From Bdellovibrionales bacterium (lineage in GTDB: Bacteria > Bdellovibrionota > Bdellovibrionia > Bdellovibrionales > UBA1609): a stretch of DNA of 64,000 nucleotides. Positions 8,263 to 18,393 of this stretch are shown here, piece after piece. The position numbers and the translations under genes are program-made. Each line of letters starts with the position of its first letter. Position 1 is the stretch's first letter. The stretch lies in assembly GCA_965261545.1 (NCBI GenBank), contig CBDHDF010000011.1, positions 576,001-640,000 of the forward strand, given 5' to 3'. The notes below the pieces were generated by a model that was not told the origin of the DNA, searched no databases, and worked only from the letters and a program-made list of their open reading frames with translations.

Positions 8263-10524
8263 CTGAAGTTAAAAGTCATTTTTTGTTTTTTTTGGATTTT
8301 AATCAGCTTTTTTTTGCTGCTTGTCATTTGTGGGGGGCTCTGGGTCTTTGAACTAAACCGGGAAATCCTTAAGAGTTCCTCTAGGTCTTGGTTTCCCCCA
8401 CCTGTGGAGTACTACTCAGCAACAACCACCTTGACAAATAAACCTGGAGATTCCCCGTTTGAGAGTCCCCCAAAAAAATCCTACCCTAGGTTTCACCCAG
8501 AGAAGCATCCACGAAAGAGTTTGCAGAGGGATCCACATCAGAGCCAAAAACATCAAGAGAACCTGAAGACTCAGGGACACCAGCTTTTTGCCCAATTTTA
8601 TAACGAAAAGCCCGTTCTTCGGCAAATACTAACCCTTGGCGAAATCCCTCTCTTTTGTTTGCAAGCCATTACCGCCATTGAAGACAACCGCTTTCTCGAT
8701 CACGGTGGTATTAATTTCACAAGCATTTTCAGAGCCACTTTAAAAAATATCATAAATATTGGGTTTGTGGAGGGGGGAAGCACGATCACCCAACAGTTGG
8801 TGAAAAACTATTTCTTGACCCCCCAAAGAACTATCAAACGTAAGCTCAAGGAGATTATCATGGCCATGCTTCTGGAGCTTCGCTTGGACAAAGATGAAAT
8901 TTTACAACATTACCTCAATGTTATTTATATGGGACAAAGTGGCCCCTTTGAAGTTCGAGGCTATGGGTCAGCCTCCCAACACTACTTTGGTAAAACCCTT
9001 GCCTCTTTGAATTTGCCCGAGTGTGCTTTGATGGCCGCCATTGTTAATAGCCCTGGGCGCTTTGATCCCTCTCGGCACTCCGAACGGGCTCGTCAGCGAC
9101 GCCACCGGGTTCTTCGCAAAATGGCAGAACTTAACATGATTGAAGAAGATGAAAGAGAACAAGCAGACAAATTCCCTTTGCCCACAGGAATTAAAAAGGG
9201 ACTTTCCCAACCTCCTTTTTACTACCTTCAAGCCGTTCGTAGGGAACTCAAAAATTTAAATATAGATTCATCCAAGGGCTTAAAAGTTTACACCCACCTG
9301 GATATCTTTGCCCAAGAATCCGCCCACCAAAGCCTCCGCCAACAAATGCCTCTCATCGAGAACTTCTCGACAGAGCAGTTGAAAAAACAAATGGAACAAA
9401 TGGAAGGAAAATTGAGAAGACAAACTAAAAATCCAATTCGTGGAAAAAAGCTCTTCCCCACCGGCCACCATGCTGAAGACCTCCAAGCTCTTCTTATCAG
9501 CATACGCTTAGATAATGCCTCCATTGTGGCCCTAGAGGGAGGACGAGGCTACAAGAAGACTCAGTACAACCGAGCTCTGGATGCCCACCGCCAAGTGGGG
9601 TCTATCATGAAACCCTTTGTTTATCTGGCAGCCCTTGAGTCCATTGATGAAAACGGACAGCCCTACACTCCCCTCACTCTTTTAAATGACACCCCCTTTA
9701 CCCATAAATACGAAGGTCAGACTTGGAAACCACAAAATTATCAAAGGGATTTTAAAGGATCTGTTCCCCTTTTTTACGCACTAAAAAATTCTATCAATAT
9801 TCCCACAGCACGTTTGGGACTTCAGGTTGGCCTCTCCTCGGTCATGGATGTGACCAAAAGGTTGGGTGTGAAATCTAAAATCATCCCTCTTCCCTCCCTT
9901 GTTCTAGGGGCCTTTGAACTCTATCCTTTGGAAGTTGCTGAAGCCTTTACCACCATCGCCCGAGGGGGAAATTTTTCTTCCATTTCAACGATTTCCAGAG
10001 TGGAGTCTCTTCAAGGGGACTTGCTCTACCAAAGAGATCTCAAAAATGAAATCAGGGTCGCTCCCGAATCTGCCGCAACCCTCATAGGCATGTTGAAGCA
10101 AACGGTGACTACAGGGACCGCAAGAAGCCTTTCCTCTTGGAGAGGTTGGACTCGGCCCACCGCAGGGAAAACGGGGACCACAAACCATACCAAAGATAAC
10201 TGGTTTGTGGGCTTTACCCCCTATGTCCTCACAGTGGTGTGGGTGGGCTACGACGACAACCGTCCCACAGGTCTGACGGGGGCCTCAGGGGCCCTTCCCC
10301 TTTGGTGGAGTTTTATGAAAAAATACGGAAGCACCTTTCCCGCCGATGATTTTCTATGGCCCGAAAATACCTCTTCCTACGAATACTCTATAGAAGACCT
10401 AGCAAAGACTGTCATTGAACTGAGTGATTACGAAAGAAAAATCCATACCCTTATTTTTCGCAAAGGTCATGAGCCAGAGCCCCACTCATCAAACAAACCC
10501 CACTCTTCCAGTGATAATGATTAA
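8263..10524 (+). CDS. mrcB: Class A penicillin-binding protein (PBP1B-like transglycosylase/transpeptidase); CTG start proposed, ORF track starts at 8314
   Basis: EDNRF, GGSTITQQLVKN, RKLKE, SIMK (SxxK), SIN, KTGT motifs. Confidence 0.88.
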   Translation: MKLKVIFCFFWILISFFLLLVICGGLWVFELNREILKSSSRSWFPPPVEYYSATTTLTNKPGDSPFESPPKKSYPRFHPEKHPRKSLQRDPHQSQKHQENLKTQGHQLFAQFYNEKPVLRQILTLGEIPLFCLQAITAIEDNRFLDHGGINFTSIFRATLKNIINIGFVEGGSTITQQLVKNYFLTPQRTIKRKLKEIIMAMLLELRLDKDEILQHYLNVIYMGQSGPFEVRGYGSASQHYFGKTLASLNLPECALMAAIVNSPGRFDPSRHSERARQRRHRVLRKMAELNMIEEDEREQADKFPLPTGIKKGLSQPPFYYLQAVRRELKNLNIDSSKGLKVYTHLDIFAQESAHQSLRQQMPLIENFSTEQLKKQMEQMEGKLRRQTKNPIRGKKLFPTGHHAEDLQALLISIRLDNASIVALEGGRGYKKTQYNRALDAHRQVGSIMKPFVYLAALESIDENGQPYTPLTLLNDTPFTHKYEGQTWKPQNYQRDFKGSVPLFYALKNSINIPTARLGLQVGLSSVMDVTKRLGVKSKIIPLPSLVLGAFELYPLEVAEAFTTIARGGNFSSISTISRVESLQGDLLYQRDLKNEIRVAPESAATLIGMLKQTVTTGTARSLSSWRGWTRPTAGKTGTTNHTKDNWFVGFTPYVLTVVWVGYDDNRPTGLTGASGALPLWWSFMKKYGSTFPADDFLWPENTSSYEYSIEDLAKTVIELSDYERKIHTLIFRKGHEPEPHSSNKPHSSSDND

Positions 10525-12857
10525 AATGTCTCTGTCACAGCAGGCCGCCCATCCTCATCTTCAAAAAGATCTTCCTCTTTGGCGGCTTCTTCGCTGGAGA
10601 GGCGATTCTCTTGAGACTTGCGCGGAAGATTCTCAATGACGTCTTTGTGGTAATCCTTTCCCTTCATGTAGGTCTTAATAAAGTCAAGACGCTCATTGAG
10701 TTTTTCATTGAGTAAGTCGGAATTATCCTGAGACATGCGAACTACTTTGGGAGTGATAAAGACGAGCAGATTCTTTTTTACTCGATCAATTTTTCTCCCC
10801 TTAAATAGCCAGCCCAGAAGGGGAATATCCCCAAGCAAAGGCACCTTGTTCACCTGCTCAGACTCTTGGTCTTGCATAAGTCCCCCAAGCACCGCCGTAT
10901 CACCGCTATCCACCACAATGGAAGTCTTAATGGCTCTCGTATTTAGAGTCACTGCAGCATTGGCCAACTGAGAAGCCTGAACACGATCCTGTGAAACCTG
11001 CTTCACTTGCTGGTCAATATTCATCATCACAGAATCTGTGTCTGGACTAATAAAGGGAGTGATCGTCAGCTTAATGGTCGCCTGCTTTCTTTCAATGGAC
11101 TGTACATTTCCCGTGGTCGTGGACGTAGTTGTTGTCCCCACGGGAACTTCCTGACCCACTTCAATGGTGGCCTCTTCGTTGTCCACTGCCATGATTTGAG
11201 GTTGCGAGAGAATATTGCCACCCACATGAGTTTTAAGAAAATGAATGAGGGTAAGAAGGCTTGGAATTGTGGCTGTTTTCCCTGTGGGAAGCTGAAGTTC
11301 AAAGGTCTCCCCATCTCCAAAACCAAGAATCGCTCCCGCCCCACCTAGGGGATTTGCAAAGTCGGCCAGTGTGCCTGTTCCAAAACCAACTCGCCCCAAC
11401 CCATTGCTATTGTGGTCAAACTTAAAGTAGTTGACCCCCCAGTTGGACCCCCTTTGAGCATCCATCTCCATAATGATGGTTTTCACAAACACCTGGTCTC
11501 GGGAGATGTCGAGCTTTGCCAAAAGACCCTTGACAATGGCATAGTCTTGTTTGCTGGCTGTAACCACAAGGCTGTTGGTGACTTCATCGGCGGTGATTTT
11601 CACGTCGCCACCAAAAAGGCTGGAATTTCCTGAAGAACTTGGCTGGGGTCGTCTCGAATTTCCTCCTGGACGCTTAGTGCTTTTAACATCGGCAGCAATA
11701 CCACTGAGAACATCGGCAATTTGCTTTGCCTTCACATGTCGAACATAATAGACGTAAACCCCTCCCGCATCTTCGGGGTTGAGAGGAAAATCTAGTTTTT
11801 TCACAAGTTTTTTTATGCGAATAATTCCCGCTTTATTTCCCATGACAATAATGGAGTTGGAACGGTCATCGGGAACGACAAGAGAGTAGGACTCAGATCC
11901 CGACTGCCCCCCAGCTCCTCTTGACTTTGAGCGACGGCGAAAGCGAGATGATCCGGAACGCCTCCCACTGCTACCTTTGTTTATAATTTTATCAATAATA
12001 CTAGATATTTCCTTGGCCTTGGCATGTTCAATGCGAATGACTGTCAGTTGTTCCTCAAAGCCTGGAACATCGAGGTGATCTAAGATTCCAGAGATACGCT
12101 GAATATTGGATCCATAGTCTGTGATAATAATCGAATTGGTGGGCCCATAGGCCTGCATTTCTCCTGACCGAGACTTCAGCCGACTGAGGGCCCGTTGAAC
12201 TTCTTCAGCACTGATGTATTTAAGGCGGATGATTCTTGTAATCATTTGGTCGGTGTTGGGAAAATACTCGGTGTAGGTTTCAATGCTATTTTTTTGGGCA
12301 TCCTTAGCCGACATAATTTTTAAAAACTTTCCACTGGGGACAATGGTGAGGCCATTCATGGCCAAAGCAGAGAGAAAAGCCTTGTAAGCCTCGGCCACTG
12401 TGATTTTTGATGGCGCAAGAATCGTAATTTTTCCTCGAATCTTACTGTTATCAAGGATAATATTTTTACCTGTCAGTTTATTCATGGCCTTAATGACTTC
12501 GACCAAATCCGTATTTTGAAAATCAAAACTATCTATAATATCAGGAAAATTTTCATTGGTGATATCTTCTGGATTGGCCTGAGACATATCGACTTTCGTG
12601 TTGGAAAGACTTCCCCCCTGGGAAGTTCCACTCCCCTTGGAGGGGGAGGGAGTTGAACCTTGGGAATTTTGAGCAGAAACCTCCGTCCCCGCAACCAGCA
12701 GCCAGAAGAGAAAAATAAAAGTTACTGGCTCCAAAAAAGAAAAAAAAATCCTTAATTTTTGCACGCTCACACTCCTTGTGATCCATTTGGCTTCATGCCA
12801 CCTATTGTGTTCAGTTTGTTGTATGCAGTTTAGTTCACGGCACTTATCTTGTTGCAC
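10521..12857 (-). CDS. gspD: Type II secretion secretin (true start probably downstream of 12857)
   Basis: N0-N3 domains, secretin signature KVPLLGDIPLLGWLFK...LLVFITPKVV. Confidence 0.95.
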   Translation of the reverse strand: MQQDKCRELNCIQQTEHNRWHEAKWITRSVSVQKLRIFFSFLEPVTFIFLFWLLVAGTEVSAQNSQGSTPSPSKGSGTSQGGSLSNTKVDMSQANPEDITNENFPDIIDSFDFQNTDLVEVIKAMNKLTGKNIILDNSKIRGKITILAPSKITVAEAYKAFLSALAMNGLTIVPSGKFLKIMSAKDAQKNSIETYTEYFPNTDQMITRIIRLKYISAEEVQRALSRLKSRSGEMQAYGPTNSIIITDYGSNIQRISGILDHLDVPGFEEQLTVIRIEHAKAKEISSIIDKIINKGSSGRRSGSSRFRRRSKSRGAGGQSGSESYSLVVPDDRSNSIIVMGNKAGIIRIKKLVKKLDFPLNPEDAGGVYVYYVRHVKAKQIADVLSGIAADVKSTKRPGGNSRRPQPSSSGNSSLFGGDVKITADEVTNSLVVTASKQDYAIVKGLLAKLDISRDQVFVKTIIMEMDAQRGSNWGVNYFKFDHNSNGLGRVGFGTGTLADFANPLGGAGAILGFGDGETFELQLPTGKTATIPSLLTLIHFLKTHVGGNILSQPQIMAVDNEEATIEVGQEVPVGTTTTSTTTGNVQSIERKQATIKLTITPFISPDTDSVMMNIDQQVKQVSQDRVQASQLANAAVTLNTRAIKTSIVVDSGDTAVLGGLMQDQESEQVNKVPLLGDIPLLGWLFKGRKIDRVKKNLLVFITPKVVRMSQDNSDLLNEKLNERLDFIKTYMKGKDYHKDVIENLPRKSQENRLSSEEAAKEEDLFEDEDGRPAVTETF

Positions 12858-12955
12858 TCACTGCTTGTACTTATTGTACTCATTGCACTCAAAGTTCTCA
12901 AGTAAATGTCAAAATTCCTACGAGAGAGAATGTCAAAACCCTAAATCATTAAGAA

Positions 12956-13936
12956 TTAATCCGAAATAGAGTACGTGTTATCTTCAATGCGACCATCGCG
13001 TTCAATACCTATTTGAACTTTATCCGACTTTTGAAGTTCTCTATAAAGAGTCATGGCCTTAGATGGACTATTGATGGGTTCATTATTCACTTTCTTAATA
13101 ATGTCACCCACCTTAAACCCCAGTTTCTCATAAATACTATTGGGCTGAATAGAAACAAAACGAAAGCCCTCCACCTTTCCCCCTGCCCCCAAATTGGGAA
13201 CCATACGTGCCTGTTTTAAAACAGAAGATAAATTATTTGTGTACTTTGTTATATCTGACCTTTTAAGGCTAAACTGATTGCTACTGGTTTGTTTGATTTC
13301 ATTACTACCACTAGGAACCACACTCTTAGAAACACTTGCATTCTTAGAGCCCAGAGCAACACCCTTGTCCTGGGGTATTTCAATGTACTCGTTCCGCCCA
13401 CTACTGAGATTTTTTAAGATCACTTTACGGCGTTCAATAGCAATAATTTTCGCCAGACCACTGATTTCTTCATGGGCACGAAAAGCTGTCGCCTCGGCAT
13501 TGGTGCGCCCTGTGGCAATGATCGTCGCTAGGGACCTAGCGGGATTTCTGTGAACAATGGTTCCCTTGAGTTCCAGGGGAAGGGAACTTAAAACAGGGAC
13601 ACCCTGGTCCGCCGGTTTTTTATCCTTAGTGGAACCTTCATCTGCCAAAGGTTCAGGGATAACACCATCTTTATTAAAGATATTTCTTTTAACAATGGCA
13701 GCATAATTGGACAAGGACTCACGAATAGAAGTCACCTTTTGGACGGGAGGCTCGGGAGGTGCATCTGTGGGTAACATCTGAGGACGAAGATACAAAATCG
13801 TAAGATCAGCGACTATATAAGCCATAAAAATAATCAGAATGTAGACATAAAACTTCTCAAAGCGACGCTGAAAACCATTTGGTGGCTCATTGGAAATCCT
13901 ATGACTGGAGGCGGAACTTTTTAGGCTCATAACCAA
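12956..13936 (-). CDS. gspC: Type II secretion protein C with PDZ domain
   Basis: N-terminal TM, RNIF, LELKGTI, PDZ (LGFKVGDIIKKVN); lies upstream of gspD. Confidence 0.9.
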   Translation of the reverse strand: MVMSLKSSASSHRISNEPPNGFQRRFEKFYVYILIIFMAYIVADLTILYLRPQMLPTDAPPEPPVQKVTSIRESLSNYAAIVKRNIFNKDGVIPEPLADEGSTKDKKPADQGVPVLSSLPLELKGTIVHRNPARSLATIIATGRTNAEATAFRAHEEISGLAKIIAIERRKVILKNLSSGRNEYIEIPQDKGVALGSKNASVSKSVVPSGSNEIKQTSSNQFSLKRSDITKYTNNLSSVLKQARMVPNLGAGGKVEGFRFVSIQPNSIYEKLGFKVGDIIKKVNNEPINSPSKAMTLYRELQKSDKVQIGIERDGRIEDNTYSISD

Positions 13937-14055
13937 AGTTTATCAAGAATCCCTCAGTGTTGGCACCTATTTAGGTAGACATAGACCAAGATCTTGGGAA
14001 TGATAGAAATCGGCCAAAAACCATAACAAAAACATTCACAGAGGGGGAAGGAGTC

Positions 14056-15390
14056 ATGGGGGATATCTCCAAAAATTTATCGCGACGAGTTATTATTGTA
14101 GACACCAATGTTATTCTTTTTGATGCCTTAGCGATCACCAAGTTCAATGATGCTGAAGTTCACATTCCCTTTACTGTGATCGAGGAGGTGGATCGCTTTA
14201 AAAGAGACCTTGGTGAAAACGGGAGAAATGCCCGTCAATTTAGCCGCTTTATTGACATTTTGAGGTCCACGGGCTCTCTTGCCAAAGGGGTTCCTCTCGA
14301 TGGCAGCACTTCTAAAGTTTATGTCACTGTGGACAACGACTTGCAGGACCTCCCCCCTGAACTAGACACTCATATCGCCGACAACAGAATTTTGGGCACA
14401 GCCATTTCTCTGCAAAATGCAGACTCCAAAGCCGATGTGGAATTGGTCACCAAAGACATAAGTCTACGTATCAAAGCGGATGTGTTTGGAATCTGTGCCA
14501 AGGACTACGAGCCAGAAAGTCATCCCCAAGAAGAATTCTATTTAGGGACCAAGGAGATTCATGTCTCCTCCCCATCCATCGATCTTTTTTACAAAGACAA
14601 GTCTTTGAAATTGGATGAAACAGCCCACCTCCACGCCAACCAATACGTTTTGTTAAAGGATAAATCCAATGCGAACCACAGTGCCATTGGACGCTACAGC
14701 ATGTCTGAAGAAAAAATTGTCTCCCTCATTCATTCACCAGAAAGTGTATGGGGAATTTATCCTCGAAATGTGGAGCAAAGTTTTGCCATAGACGGCTTGT
14801 TAAATGATGATATTTTATTTATGTCCTTGGTGGGCAAGGCAGGTACGGGAAAAACCCTCTTGGCCCTAGCGGCGGGCCTGTTCAAAACCCTCGATGAGGG
14901 ACGTTTTCAAAGGCTTCTTGTGAGCCGTCCAATCTTTCCCATGGGACGTGACCTTGGCTATCTCCCCGGAGATGTGGAGCAAAAACTCAATCCTTGGATG
15001 CAACCCATTTTTGACAATATCGAATTTCTCATGGGTTCTGACAAAAAATCCGCCGGTCGTGCCCAAGAACTTATCAACCAAGGTATGGTGAATATTGAGC
15101 CCCTCACCTATATTCGAGGTCGATCCATACCCAACCAGTACCTTATTGTGGATGAGGCCCAAAATCTCACTCCCCACGAAATAAAAACTATTGTCACTCG
15201 CGCTGGGCAGGGAACCAAGGTTGTTCTCACAGGAGACATCTTCCAAATTGACAACCCCTATGTGAATTCAACCAACAGTGGGCTCACTTATGTCGTTGAA
15301 AAATTTAAAGGTCAAAGCATAGCGGCCCATATCTCCATGAAAAAAGGGGAGCGGTCTGAACTTGCCGAACTGGCTGCAAATATTCTCTAA
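14056..15390 (+). CDS. PIN-domain PhoH-family ATPase (PhoH2-like)
   Basis: PIN motifs VDTNV and DNRIL; GKAGTGKT, LGYLPG, YIRGRS, DEAQN, ERSELA. Confidence 0.92.
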   Translation: MGDISKNLSRRVIIVDTNVILFDALAITKFNDAEVHIPFTVIEEVDRFKRDLGENGRNARQFSRFIDILRSTGSLAKGVPLDGSTSKVYVTVDNDLQDLPPELDTHIADNRILGTAISLQNADSKADVELVTKDISLRIKADVFGICAKDYEPESHPQEEFYLGTKEIHVSSPSIDLFYKDKSLKLDETAHLHANQYVLLKDKSNANHSAIGRYSMSEEKIVSLIHSPESVWGIYPRNVEQSFAIDGLLNDDILFMSLVGKAGTGKTLLALAAGLFKTLDEGRFQRLLVSRPIFPMGRDLGYLPGDVEQKLNPWMQPIFDNIEFLMGSDKKSAGRAQELINQGMVNIEPLTYIRGRSIPNQYLIVDEAQNLTPHEIKTIVTRAGQGTKVVLTGDIFQIDNPYVNSTNSGLTYVVEKFKGQSIAAHISMKKGERSELAELAANIL

Positions 15391-15395
15391 ATTCC

Positions 15396-16841
15396 TCATC
15401 TCTCCTCCCAGTAAACAATATGAGGGCGACCTCCGGGAGGGGGTGAAGAAGAGGGGGTCGAAGATTTGCCAGGCTTGCCGCCTGCATCCTTGCCGCCTGC
15501 ACTCTTGCCGCCTGCACTCTTGCCGCCTGCACTCTTGCCGCCTGCACTGGGAGGCGAGCTCTGGTCCTCATTTTTATCTTTTTTGTCTTCTTTTTCTAGA
15601 AGAGTGATAAGGCGCTCTTTGGTTGCCTCAAAGTCATAGACGATGGCCACAATTTCCCGGGTGCTTTGGGCAAACTGTCCCGTACTCGTCACTCTGAAAT
15701 TAAAAATATCATCAAATAAAAGAGGAATCGCCCTTTTATTAAAATCTTCAGGGTCGATCTCGGAGCCATCAGCATTGGCAATAAAATTCACAAAATCATC
15801 TTCGTCTTTAAAGGGACCGCCCGCAAGAGGGTCTTCCCTTCTTGCAAGGATCTGGGTAACAATTTCTGGGGTCATCTCTGGATCCAAGGAGAGAAGAACC
15901 TCTTGGCTGGTATGATTGACTTGGATCCCCTTGTTCCCAAAAATAGTGATGCGATTTTGAAGAAGCTCAAAAAAATTATCCTCCATGGTCGCCACCATAT
16001 GGAGTTCATCCAAGGTTTTAAAGGGGGTATTGGGAGGTAAAAAATCGTTATTGAAAGATGTAAAATCAATTTCCTCAATGTCATAGTACTCATTTTTTTC
16101 ACTGCCCCCATTGAGACTCTGGTTGTCGGCATCCATCCAATCCACCATATTGTTTATCAGTTTTTCAAAGTCAAAATCTTCATATTTGTCTGCAAACTCC
16201 TCATTATTCTGCACCTCCATATTAAAAATATTGAAAAGCTGTTTTTTGGTGGCCTCCTGCAAAGCTTTTGATGATGAGCCCAAATCGTTGATGTCTATGA
16301 GTGCCCCCTCCAGGGAAATATCTGTCACATAGGAGGAATCCATGGAAGATTCCTTCTCGGCGTCTTTAATAAGCCTCTGGTTGACAAGGTCCAAGCCATC
16401 GGGAAGAAAAGCACTGGGAGGCCATGCCAGGGGAAAGCTCCAAATGGGTTCAAGGAGGCTCTTATCTATTTGATTACCAACAGCGGCAAGAGCCTTCTTG
16501 TAAACGAGAAGGCGCAAGAGGCTGATTTCAACTCCCGATTTGGCTGCATAATAGGCTTTAAGGCGACTTACCTGCTGGGAGGCCACTCTGTACTCCACAA
16601 TGGTTTCGTAGGACACAGAAATGGCAAGAAAGGTCATAAACATAAAGAAAAATAAAACCATCAAAAGGGCGACACCACGGGGTGGAGTTTTCATGATATG
16701 AGATGTGAAGGGGAAAAGGTCTTTGAAAACTTTGGAAGTGAGAACTCTTTGAAGTTTCCCCTTGACTCTCCCCCTGAAACTCAATTTTTCGTTCCCATAT
16801 ACTTTGGTAGCATAGTGGCAGAAATTAAAAAGGTTTATCAT
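15396..16841 (-). CDS. gspK: Type II secretion minor pseudopilin K
   Basis: G|VALLMVL prepilin site, IDIN, DWMDAD, FKTLDEL motifs; last gene of the gspE-K run. Confidence 0.88.
   Translation of the reverse strand: MINLFNFCHYATKVYGNEKLSFRGRVKGKLQRVLTSKVFKDLFPFTSHIMKTPPRGVALLMVLFFFMFMTFLAISVSYETIVEYRVASQQVSRLKAYYAAKSGVEISLLRLLVYKKALAAVGNQIDKSLLEPIWSFPLAWPPSAFLPDGLDLVNQRLIKDAEKESSMDSSYVTDISLEGALIDINDLGSSSKALQEATKKQLFNIFNMEVQNNEEFADKYEDFDFEKLINNMVDWMDADNQSLNGGSEKNEYYDIEEIDFTSFNNDFLPPNTPFKTLDELHMVATMEDNFFELLQNRITIFGNKGIQVNHTSQEVLLSLDPEMTPEIVTQILARREDPLAGGPFKDEDDFVNFIANADGSEIDPEDFNKRAIPLLFDDIFNFRVTSTGQFAQSTREIVAIVYDFEATKERLITLLEKEDKKDKNEDQSSPPSAGGKSAGGKSAGGKSAGGKDAGGKPGKSSTPSSSPPPGGRPHIVYWEER
15474..15548. 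repeat. 5 x 15-bp tandem repeat (CTTGCCGCCTGCACT) encoding SAGGK repeats in the GspK tail
   Basis: Four identical units plus one variant (CTTGCCGCCTGCATC), read directly. Confidence 0.95.
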
Positions 16842-17881
16842 TGAGTACGGGCTCCTTGTGGAGGCTGAGCACGGCCCCTCTGACTGGGGGAAGAAGATGG
16901 AGAAGAAGAGGCTTTTTTTCGCTTCAACCTTTCGTTGTTGGGAAAGCTAATACCTGCCACCATCGTCATGGTGATTTCTTTGTCCTTATCTTTATTTTTA
17001 TTCTGCAATGTCACCTTCACCTCCACCGCCGAGGGAAATTTCCCACGGGTGACAGCATCAGCATTTTCTCCTGTTTTCCACTTCTTAATCCACTGCATTC
17101 CCTTTTCTTTTTCAGGTCCTAAGTATCTAAGTTCAAAGGCTGTTACATTTTCAAGGAGAACCGTCTTACGCCCTCCCTCGCTGACCTCGTTATCAATGAA
17201 GGGGCTCACTCGTCTCCACAAACATGGGCTAGAAATTGTTTTATCCAAACGCCCTTTGCAATCTTTAACAAAATATCCCACCTCACTTTGACGACTCAAC
17301 TTGGAATTTCTTTTCGCCCTCACGTTGCTTAAACTTGTGAAGTGAAGGGAGTCTGGATCTCCCTGAAACTGGGTGAGTTGTTTTTGTACCTTCTTTTTAA
17401 ACTTGCTCTTCAAATAAGAACAGTATTGAAGAGTATTTTTAGGAGGTGCCTTTGAACCTCTGGGAGGAGAGGGGCGAGTAGGAGAGCGACCACGGGCGGC
17501 AGGAGGACGAGAGCTTTTCTTACGAATATTTTTCTCACAGCGCTTGATGCGTTCTTTTTGGCTTTCATTATAAATATCCACATTGATATCATAGTGATGA
17601 AAAGCGAGGTTAATGTCTTTTTGAATAACCTGAAGGGCATCGCGGAGAAGACCTGATTTATCTACCATTTTTTGAATTTTTTTCTTTGAACGAATGGCAT
17701 TTGTGATGGACTGAGATGTCCAGAGTCCCAAAAAAGAAAGAAGACTGAGGGCGATGAGAACCTCAATGAGGGTAAACCCCCACCCATTAGAAATGAGTTT
17801 AAGTCGCTGAGAATTCAAACTACCCCCCTCCATTTCAATCTCACCCCCCCCCAATAGAGAAAGGCTGGTTGTAATCCACAA
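16838..17881 (-). CDS. gspJ: Type II secretion minor pseudopilin J
   Basis: G|FTLIEVLIAL prepilin motif; operon position. Confidence 0.85.
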   Translation of the reverse strand: MWITTSLSLLGGGEIEMEGGSLNSQRLKLISNGWGFTLIEVLIALSLLSFLGLWTSQSITNAIRSKKKIQKMVDKSGLLRDALQVIQKDINLAFHHYDINVDIYNESQKERIKRCEKNIRKKSSRPPAARGRSPTRPSPPRGSKAPPKNTLQYCSYLKSKFKKKVQKQLTQFQGDPDSLHFTSLSNVRAKRNSKLSRQSEVGYFVKDCKGRLDKTISSPCLWRRVSPFIDNEVSEGGRKTVLLENVTAFELRYLGPEKEKGMQWIKKWKTGENADAVTRGKFPSAVEVKVTLQNKNKDKDKEITMTMVAGISFPNNERLKRKKASSSPSSSPSQRGRAQPPQGARTQ

Positions 17882-18377
17882 AGTACATAGTTAAATGGTA
17901 CTCGGCCTCTTTTTTCTTATCAACTTTAAAGAAAACAGAAACTTTTCCCTCTTTCACGGATTTTGAAATAAACTCTGTGGTTTGTTTGACCATCGTAAGG
18001 AGGAGTTCATCAGCTCCCTCCTCTCTTGACACCAAAAGAGAGGAGATATCGGGCATACTAAACTCTTTGACTTTAAACTCCCAACGATACTTGGAAAAAT
18101 CCTCACCAAAATCCCCACTTTCATCGTTGATTTCGTCAAGGGGAGTGTTTTTAAATTTGACTTCCATTTCAATGGCCTTTCTTTCCAAGAAAATCGCCAG
18201 TGTTTGTTTCGTTCGAGCCTGCCTCACCCTTAATAGGTTCCCCGACCATGCCGAAGCAATGGTCACGGCAACAATGGAGAGAATCCCCAAAGACACCATG
18301 ACTTCCACAAGGGAAAACCCACACATAGGCCGATATTTTCTAATAAGGCTAAGTCGACACTTTCTAATAAAGCTCAT
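17841..18377 (-). CDS. gspI: Type II secretion minor pseudopilin I
   Basis: G|FSLVEVMV prepilin motif; operon position. Confidence 0.82.
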   Translation of the reverse strand: MSFIRKCRLSLIRKYRPMCGFSLVEVMVSLGILSIVAVTIASAWSGNLLRVRQARTKQTLAIFLERKAIEMEVKFKNTPLDEINDESGDFGEDFSKYRWEFKVKEFSMPDISSLLVSREEGADELLLTMVKQTTEFISKSVKEGKVSVFFKVDKKKEAEYHLTMYFVDYNQPFSIGGG

Positions 18378-18393
18378 AAGATATTTCGCAAAA

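Noticed and set aside
15305..15607. ORFs with QAARV and CRLHS repeats
   Set aside because: Alternative frames of the 15-bp repeat inside gspK; not separate genes, and not a CRISPR array because there are no spacers
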